64,000 nt of DNA from Anolis carolinensis (Eukaryota), in the NCBI RefSeq assembly GCF_035594765.1, contig NC_085844.1, positions 182,420,107 through 182,484,106 on the forward strand. The letters run 5' to 3'. The notes below the pieces were generated by a model that was not told the DNA's origin, searched no databases, and worked only from the letters and a program-made list of their open reading frames with translations. Both the position numbers and the translations under genes were made by a program. The stretch's first letter is position 1. Each line of letters starts with the position of its first letter. Below are positions 13,679 to 27,771 of this stretch, piece by piece.

Positions 13679-16600
13679 CAACTTTATTTTATAACCTGCC
13701 TCCATCTCCCTGAAGGGACTCGGAGTTGCTCACATGGGGACCAAGCCCAGAAGTGAAAATAAAGTTAAAACACAACAACAATATAGTTAAAACAGTTGAG
13801 CAATAAAATAAAACATCATAAAATACATCAGTGGGTATCAAAAATGAAAGGTGGGGCTATTAAAATTGCAAGGGAGGGGCAGCATGTGCAAAACGCAGGA
13901 CAGTAAAATCAGGAATGAGAGTAAAGTACTGGAGATCACCATTAAACATGCAAGCAATTACAATGTTACTTGAGATAGCATCCTAAGGGCTTTTTCTGGA
14001 TCACAAGTGATGCAAGGTGTCCAAGAAAGCTGCATCAACTCTAATTTGCAGAAAAGATTAGGTGTTTCATACAATTTTACTTTATCTACAACAGTCTAGA
14101 AATCACTTTTAAGCCAGGACATGAGAGAAGCCTTCCACAGGATGGTAAAACATCCATCATCTGGGCATTTCCTGGGCAACGTCCTTGCAGACGGCCAATT
14201 CTCTCACACCAGAAGCAACTTGTAATTTCTCAAGTCACTCCTGATACAAAGAAGAAGAAAAACGGTTAAGCCACATGCATGTCCATTCAGAGGTTAGAAT
14301 TATCAGAGTGAACAGAATTTTCAACATCAGAACATTGTAAGCCTGCCTTTTCCTGCAGTGGAGGTGATAGGAAAATGGAGCGGTAAGAAAGGAAGAAGCA
14401 AATTTCTTTACACAGAGTCCTGTCATCACCTTCTCTTACTTATGTAATATTAGGATTCAGGTAACACAGTACTTACAAGTGTTCTAGGTAGGTGGCAGAG
14501 CCATCAGCAAAGGTGCCTCCAATACAAAGGTTATACACAAAGTAGTCCATATTGATGAGCTTAAAGGGAACCAGCTGGAGAAAGAATTAAACAAAGAAAC
14601 AAGTCTGGATAAAAAATAATTATTACTGTAAAATCCCATTGTGAAGATAAGAAATAATTTGCCCATTCAACTAAACCATTTTGCATGAAACAGTAAGGCA
14701 GAGCCACAATTCTCCTGGTAATGATATCTACAAAGATTCTGAAAAAGGGAAAGTTGTTCCATGAAATGGACCCAAGTCATAACTGTTCAGTACAGGCTCT
14801 GGCATTTCAGAGACAAAGAATTATTAGAAGCTCAGCTGCCACACATCCTCTGGTGTTGACACCAACAAATACAGATATTTATGCCAAATATAGCTATTCT
14901 AGAATATGTGTACTCTTAGATATTTAAAATCTATGTCAGTATTCTTTCCCACAATACTAGAAGGATGTATGGCAAAAGCCTACAGATAATTTATTCAAGG
15001 CATCTGCCACAAGAAGGTACAACAGTATCAAAACTTAACATTCATTAAATTTACACCTATATCCATATGGTGCCTGGTAATAATCTGAGTTTAAGGCCGA
15101 AGTTCATGCACCCATTCGTAATTATGTATTTCCCCCCTTAAAAGATGACGGGAAAGAAATGTTAACTTGAGAAATCTAAGAAAAATAAGAAGCCTTTTCA
15201 AACTCATGTGCCTCTGTGGATTTATTTAACATGGTGCTACAGCTAAATAAATCCAGACACACACTGGCATGGCTAAACTGAATACTAGGGGGCGGGGTGG
15301 GTGGGGGGGAATACCGAATTTTGAGAAATGGCAAAACATTATTGCATCCTCAATGCAACATTTCTGTTCAATATAATATGCTTTTAACTGCCTGCTCACT
15401 AACCCTAGCTCTCAAGGTGCTCTTAAAATTATATCCTCCAATCACAATACTGCAAATATAGTTACTAAAATATAAAATGAACACCAAATCATCAGAGAAT
15501 GAATCATGTAATATAAAACAAATATTCTTCTTTGAGGACATGTCTCCATCAAGGATGCATTACTATAAGGGACTATAGACAGTCAATAGTGGAGTCTTTA
15601 AAGTGTCCCTGCAATAAAACGGTTTTGATTTTTTTCAGCATCTGGAGTTTCCACCATCATTTGTTTCATGTTGTGGTGTTATCCACATTTTTGTCATTGT
15701 TTTTATCCCATCCTAGTACCACCTAATTCAACATATTTTATAATGGCTGCTGTCAAGCCAAATTCTAACATGCACAGTATGAAGTGAGGAGTTGAAATGG
15801 AGGACACATACCACATGGCCAGCCTTTTCTAGAAGCTCCTTGGTTTCCAGTATAGCTCTTTTCATGGAAGGGGTTGGCATAAGAAATGAATCGGTGACAT
15901 AGTATCCTATTCGGAGGGGATGAGAGCTAGAGTACACCTGGAGCCACGAGGGAAGGGAAGAAAAGAATTTCAAAGTGATCAGAACACATACAAATCCTAT
16001 TGGAATCTGCACGGATCAGCCAGCAGGCTGGGTGAGCATGGGTGAATCTACATTGCAAAATACTGCAGCTTGACTCACTTTTTATTTTAATTTATATCAT
16101 AGTTTTCTTCCAAGCAGAATTCAAAGTGACAGACAAATATAAAACAGAACATCTGGAGCAACATGAAGTATATAATTTAAAGAGCGCTAAATCATCCATC
16201 AAATTAAATGCTTTTAACAGGTTGGATTAAAAAAATAATGTAAAAGTACATCTTAAAAACAGTACACCTGTTACATGGTCAATTAAGTCTGTTTAAACAT
16301 GAAGATTTTTCCTTGCTGGCAAAAAAGCAGCAGAAAGGGTGGAAATTAAACCTCTGTTGTGACTGCGCCTTCGGGGATTATGGTTGATGGGGATGGAATT
16401 CGAAGAGGAAGAAAAAACCCTCGTGATGAGGGTTCACTGGAGGAGTTGCGCAGGAAGCGACTTAGAGAGCTATATGGGGGATCTTCTGAGGAAGATTCAG
16501 ATGGGGAGATGGATGCTGAGGAACAGGTGGTGGCTGGGGAAGCGGGCACTGAATGGGCACAGCCACCGGAGATGTCTGGGGATTTGGGGCCTATGGATAC

Positions 16601-17488
16601 TTCTGAACCTGGGGTTTCTGCAGGAGCTGATCCCAATTGGGATGCTTGGAGAAGGGAGGATGGTTCTTTAAGTGTTCATGGGGCTACGTGTGGGCAGGAT
16701 GATTGGGACTCCGACGAATTGCTAGGTACTCCAGATCCACGAGCTCTAGCTGTGTGGAGTTCAGACTCTGAGTAGATTTGGGACACCTGGTGTTTGGGTG
16801 TGAGTGTTTGGTCACCCAGGAGGAAGGGGAATAAAATGGGAATGTTTGGCCACTGCACTTTGCGTGTGGCAAGGTGTTGCTGAGGCGCCATTTGGATCTC
16901 TGTGTTTCCATGAAGACTGGACTTGGACTATGATTTGAATCTGCTGATATCACCTAGCTTGGCTCTCGCTGTGTCTTATCGTGGACCTGTTTTGGATGAC
17001 TGCACCCTCTTCGGACTTTGGATTGAATTTGACCTGGCTTCTGTCTACACCCTCTGACTGACGGCTACTCCCGGCTTCTGACTATTGGTTTGTCTTTCAG
17101 AATTTCTGCTGCCTCCTGACCTGACCTTGGATTCTTCTGATGACGGCTATTCATCATCCCTTTGAGGCTTTCGGCTTATCTGCACCGTGGAAGCAGCTTT
17201 ATTGCTTTTCTAGTTTGTTTATTTTCCAGCAATTTATTTGTTTTCCAAAGCTGAATTGAAGCGTTATTTAGTTTTTTTATTGAATGCCAGCATGGGAAAT
17301 TAGCGTGGCTCGTTTTTGAGTTATTATTGTCCAATCTACTCTCGAAACACTGAAAAGTGAAGTGTTTCAAGGATATTTCCTGTGTTTATGTTATTTTCTG
17401 GCTTATCTTCGGAATAAACTCTGTTTTGTATGTTAACTGGCGTCTGACTCTTGACAACCTCCCTTAAGGTGTTCCACAGCTCTCCACA

Positions 17489-17536
<48 letters not shown>

Positions 17537-20500
17537 TTATTTTTATGCACCGCTTCTATCTCCCCGAAAGGACTCGGGGCAGCTTACATGAGGCCAAGCC
17601 CGGATAAAAACAACAAACCAAAATAAAATAACATCAGAGACTACAAACACAAATATTAAAATATAACAGTCTAAACACAGTAAAAAGTTTAAAATTATAA
17701 TCATTATAAGACATGGATTTGGGATCCAAGTGGAGGGGGTACAAAATGAGCTGGGCAAAGTGCAACAATTGAATATTGTATACATGAGGTAGATAATTAA
17801 GTGCTAGCATCAATGAGAGAGCAACTTGGGGTGGGGTGGACCCTGTGACTACAACAGACTAATAGGGCAAAATAAAGTAAAATAAATAAAATAAAATAAA
17901 ATGATCACTTTTTCCTCATCCAAACAGAAGGCAACAAGAAATCAAGCAAGCATCTGCAGTGCTGAGCAATAATATTTGTTTTGTTCTCCAGTTATCGGTA
18001 CATCAGTAAGAAAACAACGCTATTGCAAATGGCACAGCTATTGAAAGAGAAGGCAGAGAGATTTTTCAAACATTTCACTCCTTTCTCTATGATTTCTACT
18101 TTGAGTATGTACACAATCAAACGTCTCACCTGCTCATTGAAAGGAAGGGGAGGCACCTTGGGATCCAGGCGGAACATTTCCTCACACAGCAGAGATCTCA
18201 GACAAATAGCGAGGCTCTCAACATCCCTTGCCATAGGTCCTACACCTGCAACAACTAGGATCAAGAAAAGAATTGTAGTTTTCACAATCTGATCTTTCAG
18301 ACTCAGGGAACATTTCTGGGAGAAGTAAGAAGTTATGTTTACAACAAGAATCAACAAAGCTTGGGGCTCAGAAAAGATTACTTTTTGATTACATCCTCCC
18401 AAACATTACTTTTTGACTATGGGCCCTTCCACACAGCCCTATATTCCAGAATATCAAGGCAGAAAATCACACATTACCTGACTATGGACTCAGATAACCC
18501 AGTTCAAAGCCAATATTGTGGATTTTTCTGCCTTGATATTCTGGGATATAGGGCTGTGTGGAAGGGCCCTACATTGCCCCAAATCATTTCTGAGGGACTG
18601 TGGTAGCTGCATTCTGAAAAATGTAACTTTAACAAGTCCTGATCTTAAAGCGTAAAACAACCTAAAGTGCCATTTCCTTCTTGGAAGAGCTGGGTGATGC
18701 TGGTACCTAAAAAGTAATTTTCTGAGATTCCCCACCCCCATATGTAGCAAATCAAAATGATTTCAAAAAGAGACAAATCATGTGTTTGTGAATCAGATAT
18801 CTGAGACAACAACTTTCCTTGCAACCTAAAACTGCTCTATGTGAATGTCTCATATTCATTGTTGCTAGCAATTCAAAACTGAAATTTTTAAAACTTTTAA
18901 AATGTCTGTCAAGAATTAAATATTGCAAAGGAGATTATGGAAGAACCTTTGTGCACCCCAAAGGGATGTGAAAGATGCAATGCCCCCTCAGAGACTTTCT
19001 AACCCAGGCAAACTTTGACTCTCCAGGTGTTTTAGACTCCAACTCCCACAATTCCTAACATAAGGTAGGCTGTTAGGAATTGTGGGAGTTGAAGTTCAAA
19101 ACACCTGTAGGGCCAGTGTTTGCCCATGCCTATTTTAACCCCTTACTGCCACAACTTTTTCATTTTTAAAAACCACTGCAGAATTACATATCAATATAAC
19201 AGCACATTGTTTAGAAACCAAGCAAATCAAAAACACTACATTGAAAACTCATACCACCCTTTTGGAAACATGAACAAGGAGTGAGAGTATTGTGGTGGTG
19301 CTGGTAGGATGACGATATAGCCATTACTGTGTAGACCAGATAAGGCGTAAGACTTACACAATGCCAAATATCTATCAACTAATCTTTCCACTTTATTCAG
19401 ACAAAATCACACACCTGATTTCTGCCCACCAAGGCTTCGTATAACTCCTCTTTTGCTGTAAAAAGATAACCAAAATAAGAATGGAAAGCAAAAACAATAG
19501 TTTTAAACAAAGCTTCACTACTTTCCTAATTGGGAAATCTTTCTCAGGTCCAAAAGCAGTTGCTGCTTCAAGCAACTAAGGATGCATCTAGACTCTAGTT
19601 TGACATCACTTTAACTGCCATGGCTCAATGCTATGGAATCACAAAAGTTGTAATTTGGTGAAGTATCAGTACTCATTGGCAAAGAAGACTAAAGAACTTG
19701 TAAAACTTCAAATCCCAGATTCCATCACATTGAGCCATGACAGTTAAAGTAGTGCCAAAGTGTGTTAATTCTGCAGTGCAGATGCACCCTTAGAGGTCCC
19801 CTCCACCACGTGGCAGAGAAGGTACTTTAAGGAACAACAGCCTGCTCAGGCCCCTTCCACACTGCTGAATAAAATCCCACGTTATCTGTTCTGAACTAGA
19901 ATATATTGTCAGACATATTAAAAATTAACTAGGTATTTTAATTACAAAAATGTGATTTAAGCACTAGAAGGGTTAAATAAACCAGCATTGCCCTGAGGAG
20001 AGTGAGTACATCAAAGCCTGTTATAGTTAGTGGGCCAAAGCTAGTGTCGTCCTGAGGTGCGTGAGAGAAGCCTCACTATGAGGTAAGCCTCAGTGTGTGA
20101 GAAGGCCTGGTGTGAGAAGCTTCGGTGAGAGATGACCCAGTTGAAGGCCTCTTGTGTGAAGCTCCAGTGTGAAGGCTGCTGTGTGTAAAGCTACTGTGTG
20201 AAGCTACTGTATAACTTTGGTGTGAGAGGAGGCTCTGTGAAAGTGAAGCTGTTTATCTGCATGAAAAAGAAGTCCAGCATGGAAGCAAAGAAAGAAGTAC
20301 AAAGAACTTTATTTGTATTGTGAAAACCTTGTTTTTGTAAATAGTGCAAACCATATTATTTTACTATAAAGAAAAGCCTCCTAAGGAAAAGATAACATTT
20401 GTCTGTGTGTTTTTGTTCTATTTATCACTTTGGGCTACTGGTGCTGGGTTACACTGCTGCTTTTTTTTTCCATGTCAGGAGCGACTTGAGAAACTGCAAG

Positions 20501-23500
20501 TCGCTTCTGATGTGAGAGAATTGGCCGTCTGCAAGGACGTTGCCCAGGACACACCCGGATATTTTGATGTTTTTATCATCCTTGTAGGAGCTGGAGTTGA
20601 TAGAGGGAGCTCATCCGCGCTCTCCCCGGGTGGGATTCGAACCTGGCAGCTTTCAGATCAGCAACCCAATCTTCAAGTCACAAGGCTTTAATCCACTACG
20701 TCACCGGGGGCTCCCACTGCTGATAATAAGTTGCTATACATTTATGGGAAGGGTCTTTTGTTAATAAGCCCACTCGCCCAACAAGGGTTATGGGCCCAGT
20801 ATAGCCCTGTCTAGACCAATACAGACCATTGTGAGGCGGAAGAAATATGGCTATAGCATTTCAAGCAAGTGGACCGCCTTTTGAAAGGTTGAATGCCAGC
20901 AATTATGCCACATTGTTATTTAAAATAAAAAAATGTACCTTATTCGGTCGCCTGTAGTTTTGAGTCCACAAATCCCACAGAAGCCAGATGGAATACGGAT
21001 GCTGCCTCCTATATCTGTGCCGATGCCCAAGATTGATCCACCACTTTTAATAAGTGAGGCTTCTCCTCCTGAAGAACCACCTGGGGTTTTGGTGTGATCC
21101 AGAGGATGCACTGTCTGGCCAAATATTAAGTTGCTACAGTCAAAGCTGAAAATAAAGACAAGACAGCCAATAAAACAGACACAAATACCCCAAATCTTTC
21201 AAATAGAGGTCTGGAATACAATTTCAATCACACCCTGCCTTTAGCAACCCTGTCAATTGCTTGGGAAGAGAAATCTTTATTTCACTAAGGGACCACAGAA
21301 GCTCCAACTATGCAAAACCCTGCTTTCACTCTATTCCCCACGAGTGGGAGAGATTCCCCCATCTACCACAAACATTTGCCTGTCCAATTGGATAGTAAGG
21401 AGATGTTTTTCTATGCAGAAAGAGGCACAAAACGTCTGTAAATGGCCACTGAAATGAGCCCAGTTTGATATAAAAAGCACACCAGCTCCAAAATCTAAGG
21501 CTGTTCCCTGTCACTGCCTTGGGTCTTTCAAGGAGGTGTAATGCTCCAGGTCTTTTATTGAAACATGGCAAATACAGCCACAAGCTGGCTTTATTGCTGG
21601 GTATTGTAGGAGAGGGGAAAACAGCTATGGTGGTTGGGAAGCCAAAAGGAACCATTTTCAAACTTCTAGTTGAGCATGTAGAGTCTATCTCCTTTCTATC
21701 CTTTCGTACCACTAGAAAACAATAACTAGTCATTGTATTTCTTGAATGAGGTGTAGTAAGAATGGAGAGATGATTACCACAATAAAAATGGCTACTTTTT
21801 AAAATAAAAGCTGTGCATGCTCAAAGAAATTAAATATCACTGAAATATCACTTATAGTACAGTATAAATTGCTCCTTGGTAATATGGGAAGCATGCAGTT
21901 CTCCAATTTATTATTAGGTTGCTATTCTCATTAGTCTTCACTTCCTTCACCAATGGGGAGGGATCATGGGAGTTGTAATCTAGTTTCTCCCTCAATTTTC
22001 CATGAAGCATTATTTTTATTCCGAAGCTATTTTCAATATATTTTGGAACACAAGAGACTAATGGTCTAACAGCCAACAAGCTGATTTTGCAGAGCTAACA
22101 AAACCATTTTCCTTGCCCAACTGTCATACCACAATGTTAAGTGTTTTCATGCTTTTACACACTATAAAGATGGACTCTAGAAGCTCCACTGTCAGCCAGA
22201 CAGGGGCCAGTTTCATGGCATCCAGTTTACATCTTTTGTGTTTTATCTCTCTGGGGACAATTGAAGCGTTGCTCTAGGCAGTTTTTGTAAATCTGCTGTG
22301 TATCTATAAACAAGGGCCTTCAAATAAGTTGCTAGATAGAAATTGGACAGAAATTATTCATAGTTAGTAAACAGAAAGTTCCATTCTACCAGTCATGTGA
22401 GGTCTGAAAATATCTAGTAAGTTTCTGAGTATCTATGTAGAAATCCATATATACCAGCAGTTAAAAGAAAGATTTACTTCATTAAAGACTGAGGGACATT
22501 GGTTTTTACAAATGGAATTGCTCCTTGATGTTTCAACACCTGGACTAAAACAGCATCTTCCGCTGCTGGATGATTGAGACGTTTCACAAAACCCAAAGTA
22601 GAGTCAAAGCCCTGGAAAAAAAACAAAAGGAGATTATTCATATGCCCTGCAGAAACTTTATGTATCATGCAACAATCCTGATCATAATATAACAGAACAT
22701 CACAAGCAACAGACTAATCATAAATAACATGCATCTCCCACAATTTGTACACAAAATAGTTTCATTTCATTTTATATTCAGATCAGCGACATATGTAGGA
22801 ATGTTTACCATGTGACATTCCTCCAGTTCACCAAAATTAGCCAAAAAGAGATTAACATCTTAAATGTTCTTGTGATTAATTATGTAAAAAAGATTGTCAC
22901 ATTGCTGATTACTTTCACTTACCATTTCAAACATATGAAGTAAAGGAAGGAAATGTATTTTTAAAATGCATTTCATCCTGATGCATCTATTTTATTTTTG
23001 TCATTTGTTTTGTTTGCCATACTTTTGAGTAAATCAAAATAATTTTGAATATGAACTGATTAATAATATTCTTGAAATACATGGACAATTGTATTCCAGT
23101 ACTAAAGTTAAGCTCAACTGCATATGGCATGACTAAATTCTTGAAAATATATACTAGCAGGCTAATCAAGGAAACATTTTTGTTAACTGTCAATTCCACA
23201 ACTGTACAATTTTTTTTCAAAGGTTTCCAGAATAGTGAGGCTTTGAATGATTTGACATGACAAGAGGACCCATCATAGGATGGGAAAAGGACTTTATGAT
23301 GGAGTTCACCAAGCCATAGTTACATATTTCTCTGTTTCAGTCTATCAAAAAGATTGTTCAGCATATGAAATGGAATTTCATGAAATAAGAATGAAGAAAG
23401 GACATGGAGCTTGGGATATAGCATCTGAGAGGGACTGGAAATTACCATTTAGGGTCGTTTATAAGATCTCTTAACTAATCACATTTAGATGCTAGATTCC

Positions 23501-26500
23501 AAACCCCCTCGATAGTCACCTTGTCGTGGTGAGGGGGCTTGTGTGTTCCGATGAACCTGCGGGCACAACCACTGGAGTCATGCACTCCCAGAAGTGGCCG
23601 CAGGGGAGGTTCCAGACCAAGCACAATCCGAAGACCCAAAGACCTCAACGGCGGAGCAGGCGGAGGATAACATGGTACATGTTACAACGGCTGTGAAGGC
23701 AGAAGAAGGCTGCAACAGACTGAGAAGCCACTCTTGTTGTGTTAACCACACCACTGCTGGAACCTCACTCTGTGAAGACTGTGTGTTGACCAGCCGTGCA
23801 CTGACCTCCACACATTTAAAAAAATCACGCATAGGCGTCTTCCAACAAAAATAAAAACAAACCTACAAAAGTCCCATAGCGATCAGCTAGTGGCAACGGG
23901 GCCAGGACTGTGAAATCTGGAAGCCCCTAGTCACAGACTGGCACATGGGCCCTTCCCCATGTGGGGTGAGCAGAGCGGATCCTAAAAAGGGCTGCTCAGT
24001 CATGGATACAGCTGACGGACTACTCAACTGCCTCGGTCCTTGAGGTAGAACGAATGAGTCCATATGGTGGATATGGACTCAGTCGTTCTACCTCAAGGAC
24101 CGAGGCAGTTGAGGAGTCCGTCAGCTGTATCCATGACTGAGCAGCCCTTTTTAGGATCCGCTCTGCTCACCCCACATGGGGAAGGGGCTAGAAAAGGTGC
24201 CCTAAACATAGTCTGCCTCTCCTACCCTGACTGGACTGCCGCGTCCAGAGGGGTCACCACTCTGTGGCCAAAAAAGAGAAATGAACTTTGGAACATGGAC
24301 ACTCTTGGATAGCACAGACAGCGAACACCCCGAACGCAGGACTGCTATCATAGCAAGGGAGCTGGGACGCTTTAAGATCAACATAGCAGCCCTTCAGGAG
24401 ACCCGGAGAGCAGGAGAGGGACAGCTGAAGGAAGAAAAAGGAGGCTACATCTTCTTCTGGAAGGGACTGCCTGAAGAAGAGCGAAGAATACACGGAGTTG
24501 GCTTTGCTATCAGAAATGACCTGGTGAAGCACCTGATTGAAGCATCCACTGGCATCAACGAACGACTCTCAACCCTCCGAATTAACCTTGCCAAAAACCA
24601 ACAGGCAACCATCATATGCGCCTATGCACCAACTCTAGATGCTGACGAAGACATCAAGGAAAAATTTTATTGTCAGCTGGACACCATCCTATCGGAGATA
24701 CCTAAGAAGGACAAAATCATCCTCCTGGGGGACTTTAATGCCAGAGTCGGACGGGACTCCGACCTGTGGCCAGGGATCATGGGAAAAGACGGGGTCGGAA
24801 ACAGCAACTCGAATGGCATCTTGCTTCTCACCAAATGCGGAGAGCACAACCTTGTCATCACCAACACGCTCTTTTGCCAGAAAAACAAGCTCAAGACATC
24901 ATGGAAGCACACCGGGTCAAAGCATTGCCACCTCTTGGACTATGTAATTACACGTGCCAGAGACCGCCGCGATGTGCTTCTCACAAGAGCCATGACAGGT
25001 GCTGATGACTGCTGGACAGACCACAGGTTAATCCGATCCACAATGGCTATCAAGATCGTCCACAAACGGCGACTCCAAGGAAGAAAAACAAGGCGTAAAA
25101 TGAACACCCAAGCCCTTCAGGAGCCCTCCAAACGAGCCCTTCTCCAAACAACACTCAAAGATCATCCACCCACAGAACACCCCGAAAATGTTGAGGAACA
25201 TTGGAACAAACTGAAGACCTCCATCATCACAGCCTGCGAAGAAACCATTGGATACCAAACTAAGAAACATCCAGACTGGTTTGACGATAAGGACAAAGAG
25301 ATCCAACAGCTAATTGATAACAAAAGGAAAGCCTTCCAAACATGGCAGAGAGACACCAACTGTGCTGCCAAGAAAAAGTTCTATGCCAGTGCAAAAGCTG
25401 AGGTCCAAAGAAGGACCAGAGAACTCAAGAACATCTGGTGGACAAAGAAGGCTGAAGAAATCCAACACTTTGCAGATACCCATGATGCTCAGGGATTTTT
25501 CAAAGCCACAAAGATCATTTACGGACCAAGAAACCATGGCATACAGCCTCTATGCTCATCAGATGAAACCAAAATTCTGAAGGACAAAACATCAATTGCA
25601 CTACATTGGAAAGAGCACTACCAGAACCTGCTGAATCGCAGCTGCAATGTGGCTGAAGAGACCCTCTCACAAATCCCGCAACAACAAACCAGGGATGAGC
25701 TTGCAGCACTGCCTAGTTTGGAAGAAGTTAGCAATGCCATCAGCCAACAAAAAAAACAACAAAGCCAGCGGACCTGATGGGACCCCTGCTGAAATGTTCA
25801 AAACGGGTGGACCTGAACTGATACAACAACTCCACCAGCTGATTGAAAAGGTGTGGGTGACCGAGAAAATCCCAGCAGACTTCAAGGATGCCACCATCAT
25901 TACCCTTTTCAAGAAAGGGGGCAGAACAGACTGCGGGAACTATCGTGGTATCTCCCTTCTAACCTCCGCTGGGGAAATCCTCGCAAGGATTCCTTGCAAA
26001 CCGCCTTCTCCCTGTTTCAGAAGACACCCTCCCAGAATCCCAGAACGGCTTCCATCCCTCCAGAGGAACAGTGGACATGATCTTCACTGTACGACAGCTC
26101 CAAGAAAAATGCAGGGAACAAAACCAACCTCTGTACATGGCATTCATTGACCTTGCAAAGGCATTCGACACAGTGAATCGCAGCGCTCTCTGGACCATCC
26201 TCCAAAAAATCGGGTGCCCTGACAAATTTGTGAACATCCTGCGGCTCCTCCATGATGACATGATGGCAACAGTCTTGGACAGCAACAGCTCCCAAAGTGA
26301 CCCATTTAAGGTGAAATCAGGTGTCAAGCAGGGATGTGTTATTGCCCCCCCCCTTATTTTCCATCTTCATCGCTATGATACTTCACCTTGTTGATGGGAA
26401 GCTTCCCACCGGTGTGGAAATCATCTATCCGACAGATGGCAAGCTATTTAACCTCAGAAGACTGCGAGCCAAAACCAAGGTCACCACAACATCTGTTATA

Positions 26501-27720
26501 GAACTCCAATATGCCGATGACAACGTAGTCTGTGCACACTCAGAAGAAGACCTACAAGCCACTCTAAACACATTCACAGAAGAATACGAGAAGCTTGGCC
26601 TCTCATTGAACATCGAGAAAACCAAAGTGCTCTTCCAACAGGCACCAGCTAATCCCTCTGCGATGCCAGGAATACAGCTTAATGGTGTAACATTAGAAAA
26701 CATTGACCATTTCCGCTACCTTGGCAGCCACCTCTCCACAAAAGTCAACATTGACACTGAAATACAACACCGCCTGAGCTCTGCGAGTGCAGCATTTTTC
26801 AGAATGAAGCAGAGAGTGTTTGATGACCGGGACATCCGTAGAAAGACCAAGGTGCTTGTTTATAAAGCCATTGTCCTCCCAACCCTGCTCTACGCCTGTG
26901 AAACGTGGACAGTAGACAGACATCACACCAAACTCCTGGAGCGTTTCCATCAGCGTTGCCTCAGAAAAATCCTGCAAATCTCTTGGGAAGACAGGCGGAC
27001 AAATGTCAGCGTGCTGGAAGAAGCGAAGACCACCAGCATTGAAGCGATGCTCCTACGCCATCAACTCCGCTGGACTGGCCACGTTGTCCGAATGCCCGAT
27101 CACCGTCTCCCAAAGCAGTTGCTCTACTCCGAACTCAAGAATGGGAAACGTAATATTGGTGGGCAGGAAAAGAGATTTAAAGATGGGCTTAAAGCCAACC
27201 TTAAAAACTGTGGCATAGACACTGAGAACTGGGAAGCCCTGGCCCTTGAGTGCTCTAATTGGAGGTCAGCTGTGACCAGCAGTGCTGCGGAGTTCGAAGA
27301 GGCACGAATGGAGAGCTTAAAGGAGAAACATGCCAAGAGGAAGGAGTGTCAAGCCAACCCTGAACAGGACCACCTTCCACCTGGAAACCGATGTCCTCAT
27401 TGCAGGAGAACATGCAGATCAAGAATAGGTCTCTTCAGCCACCTGCGGACACACCCCCAAGACCCTATAACTGGAGGACCATCACCCTCGGCCTACGAGG
27501 GATCGCCTAAGTAAAGTAAGTAAGTAAGTAAGCTAGATTCCAAGCTCCACAACTATCCTTCATGCTTTTATGGTTTTAACCTGGATTGGTTTAATATTAA
27601 TGTTGTTTAATACAATTTTAATATTTGTATACTTGTATATTTTAAGTTGTATTGAAATGCTTTTAGTTGTGAGCCGCTTTGAGTCTCTGCATGGAGAGAG
27701 AAAGTGGGATATAAATAATA

Positions 27721-27771
<51 letters not shown>

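Noticed and set aside
17592-17609. ggccaagcccggataaaa resembles part of a twister ribozyme
   Set aside because: It lies on the antisense strand of an L2-type tail; the other twister stems and cleavage-site motif are absent, and sister copies do not keep it.
24139-24199. Possible HDV-like topology in the RTE 5'UTR (gagcag/ctgctc, cctttt/aaaagg, cccca/tgggg)
   Set aside because: No proper P3/L3 and no GG for P1.1 after P1.
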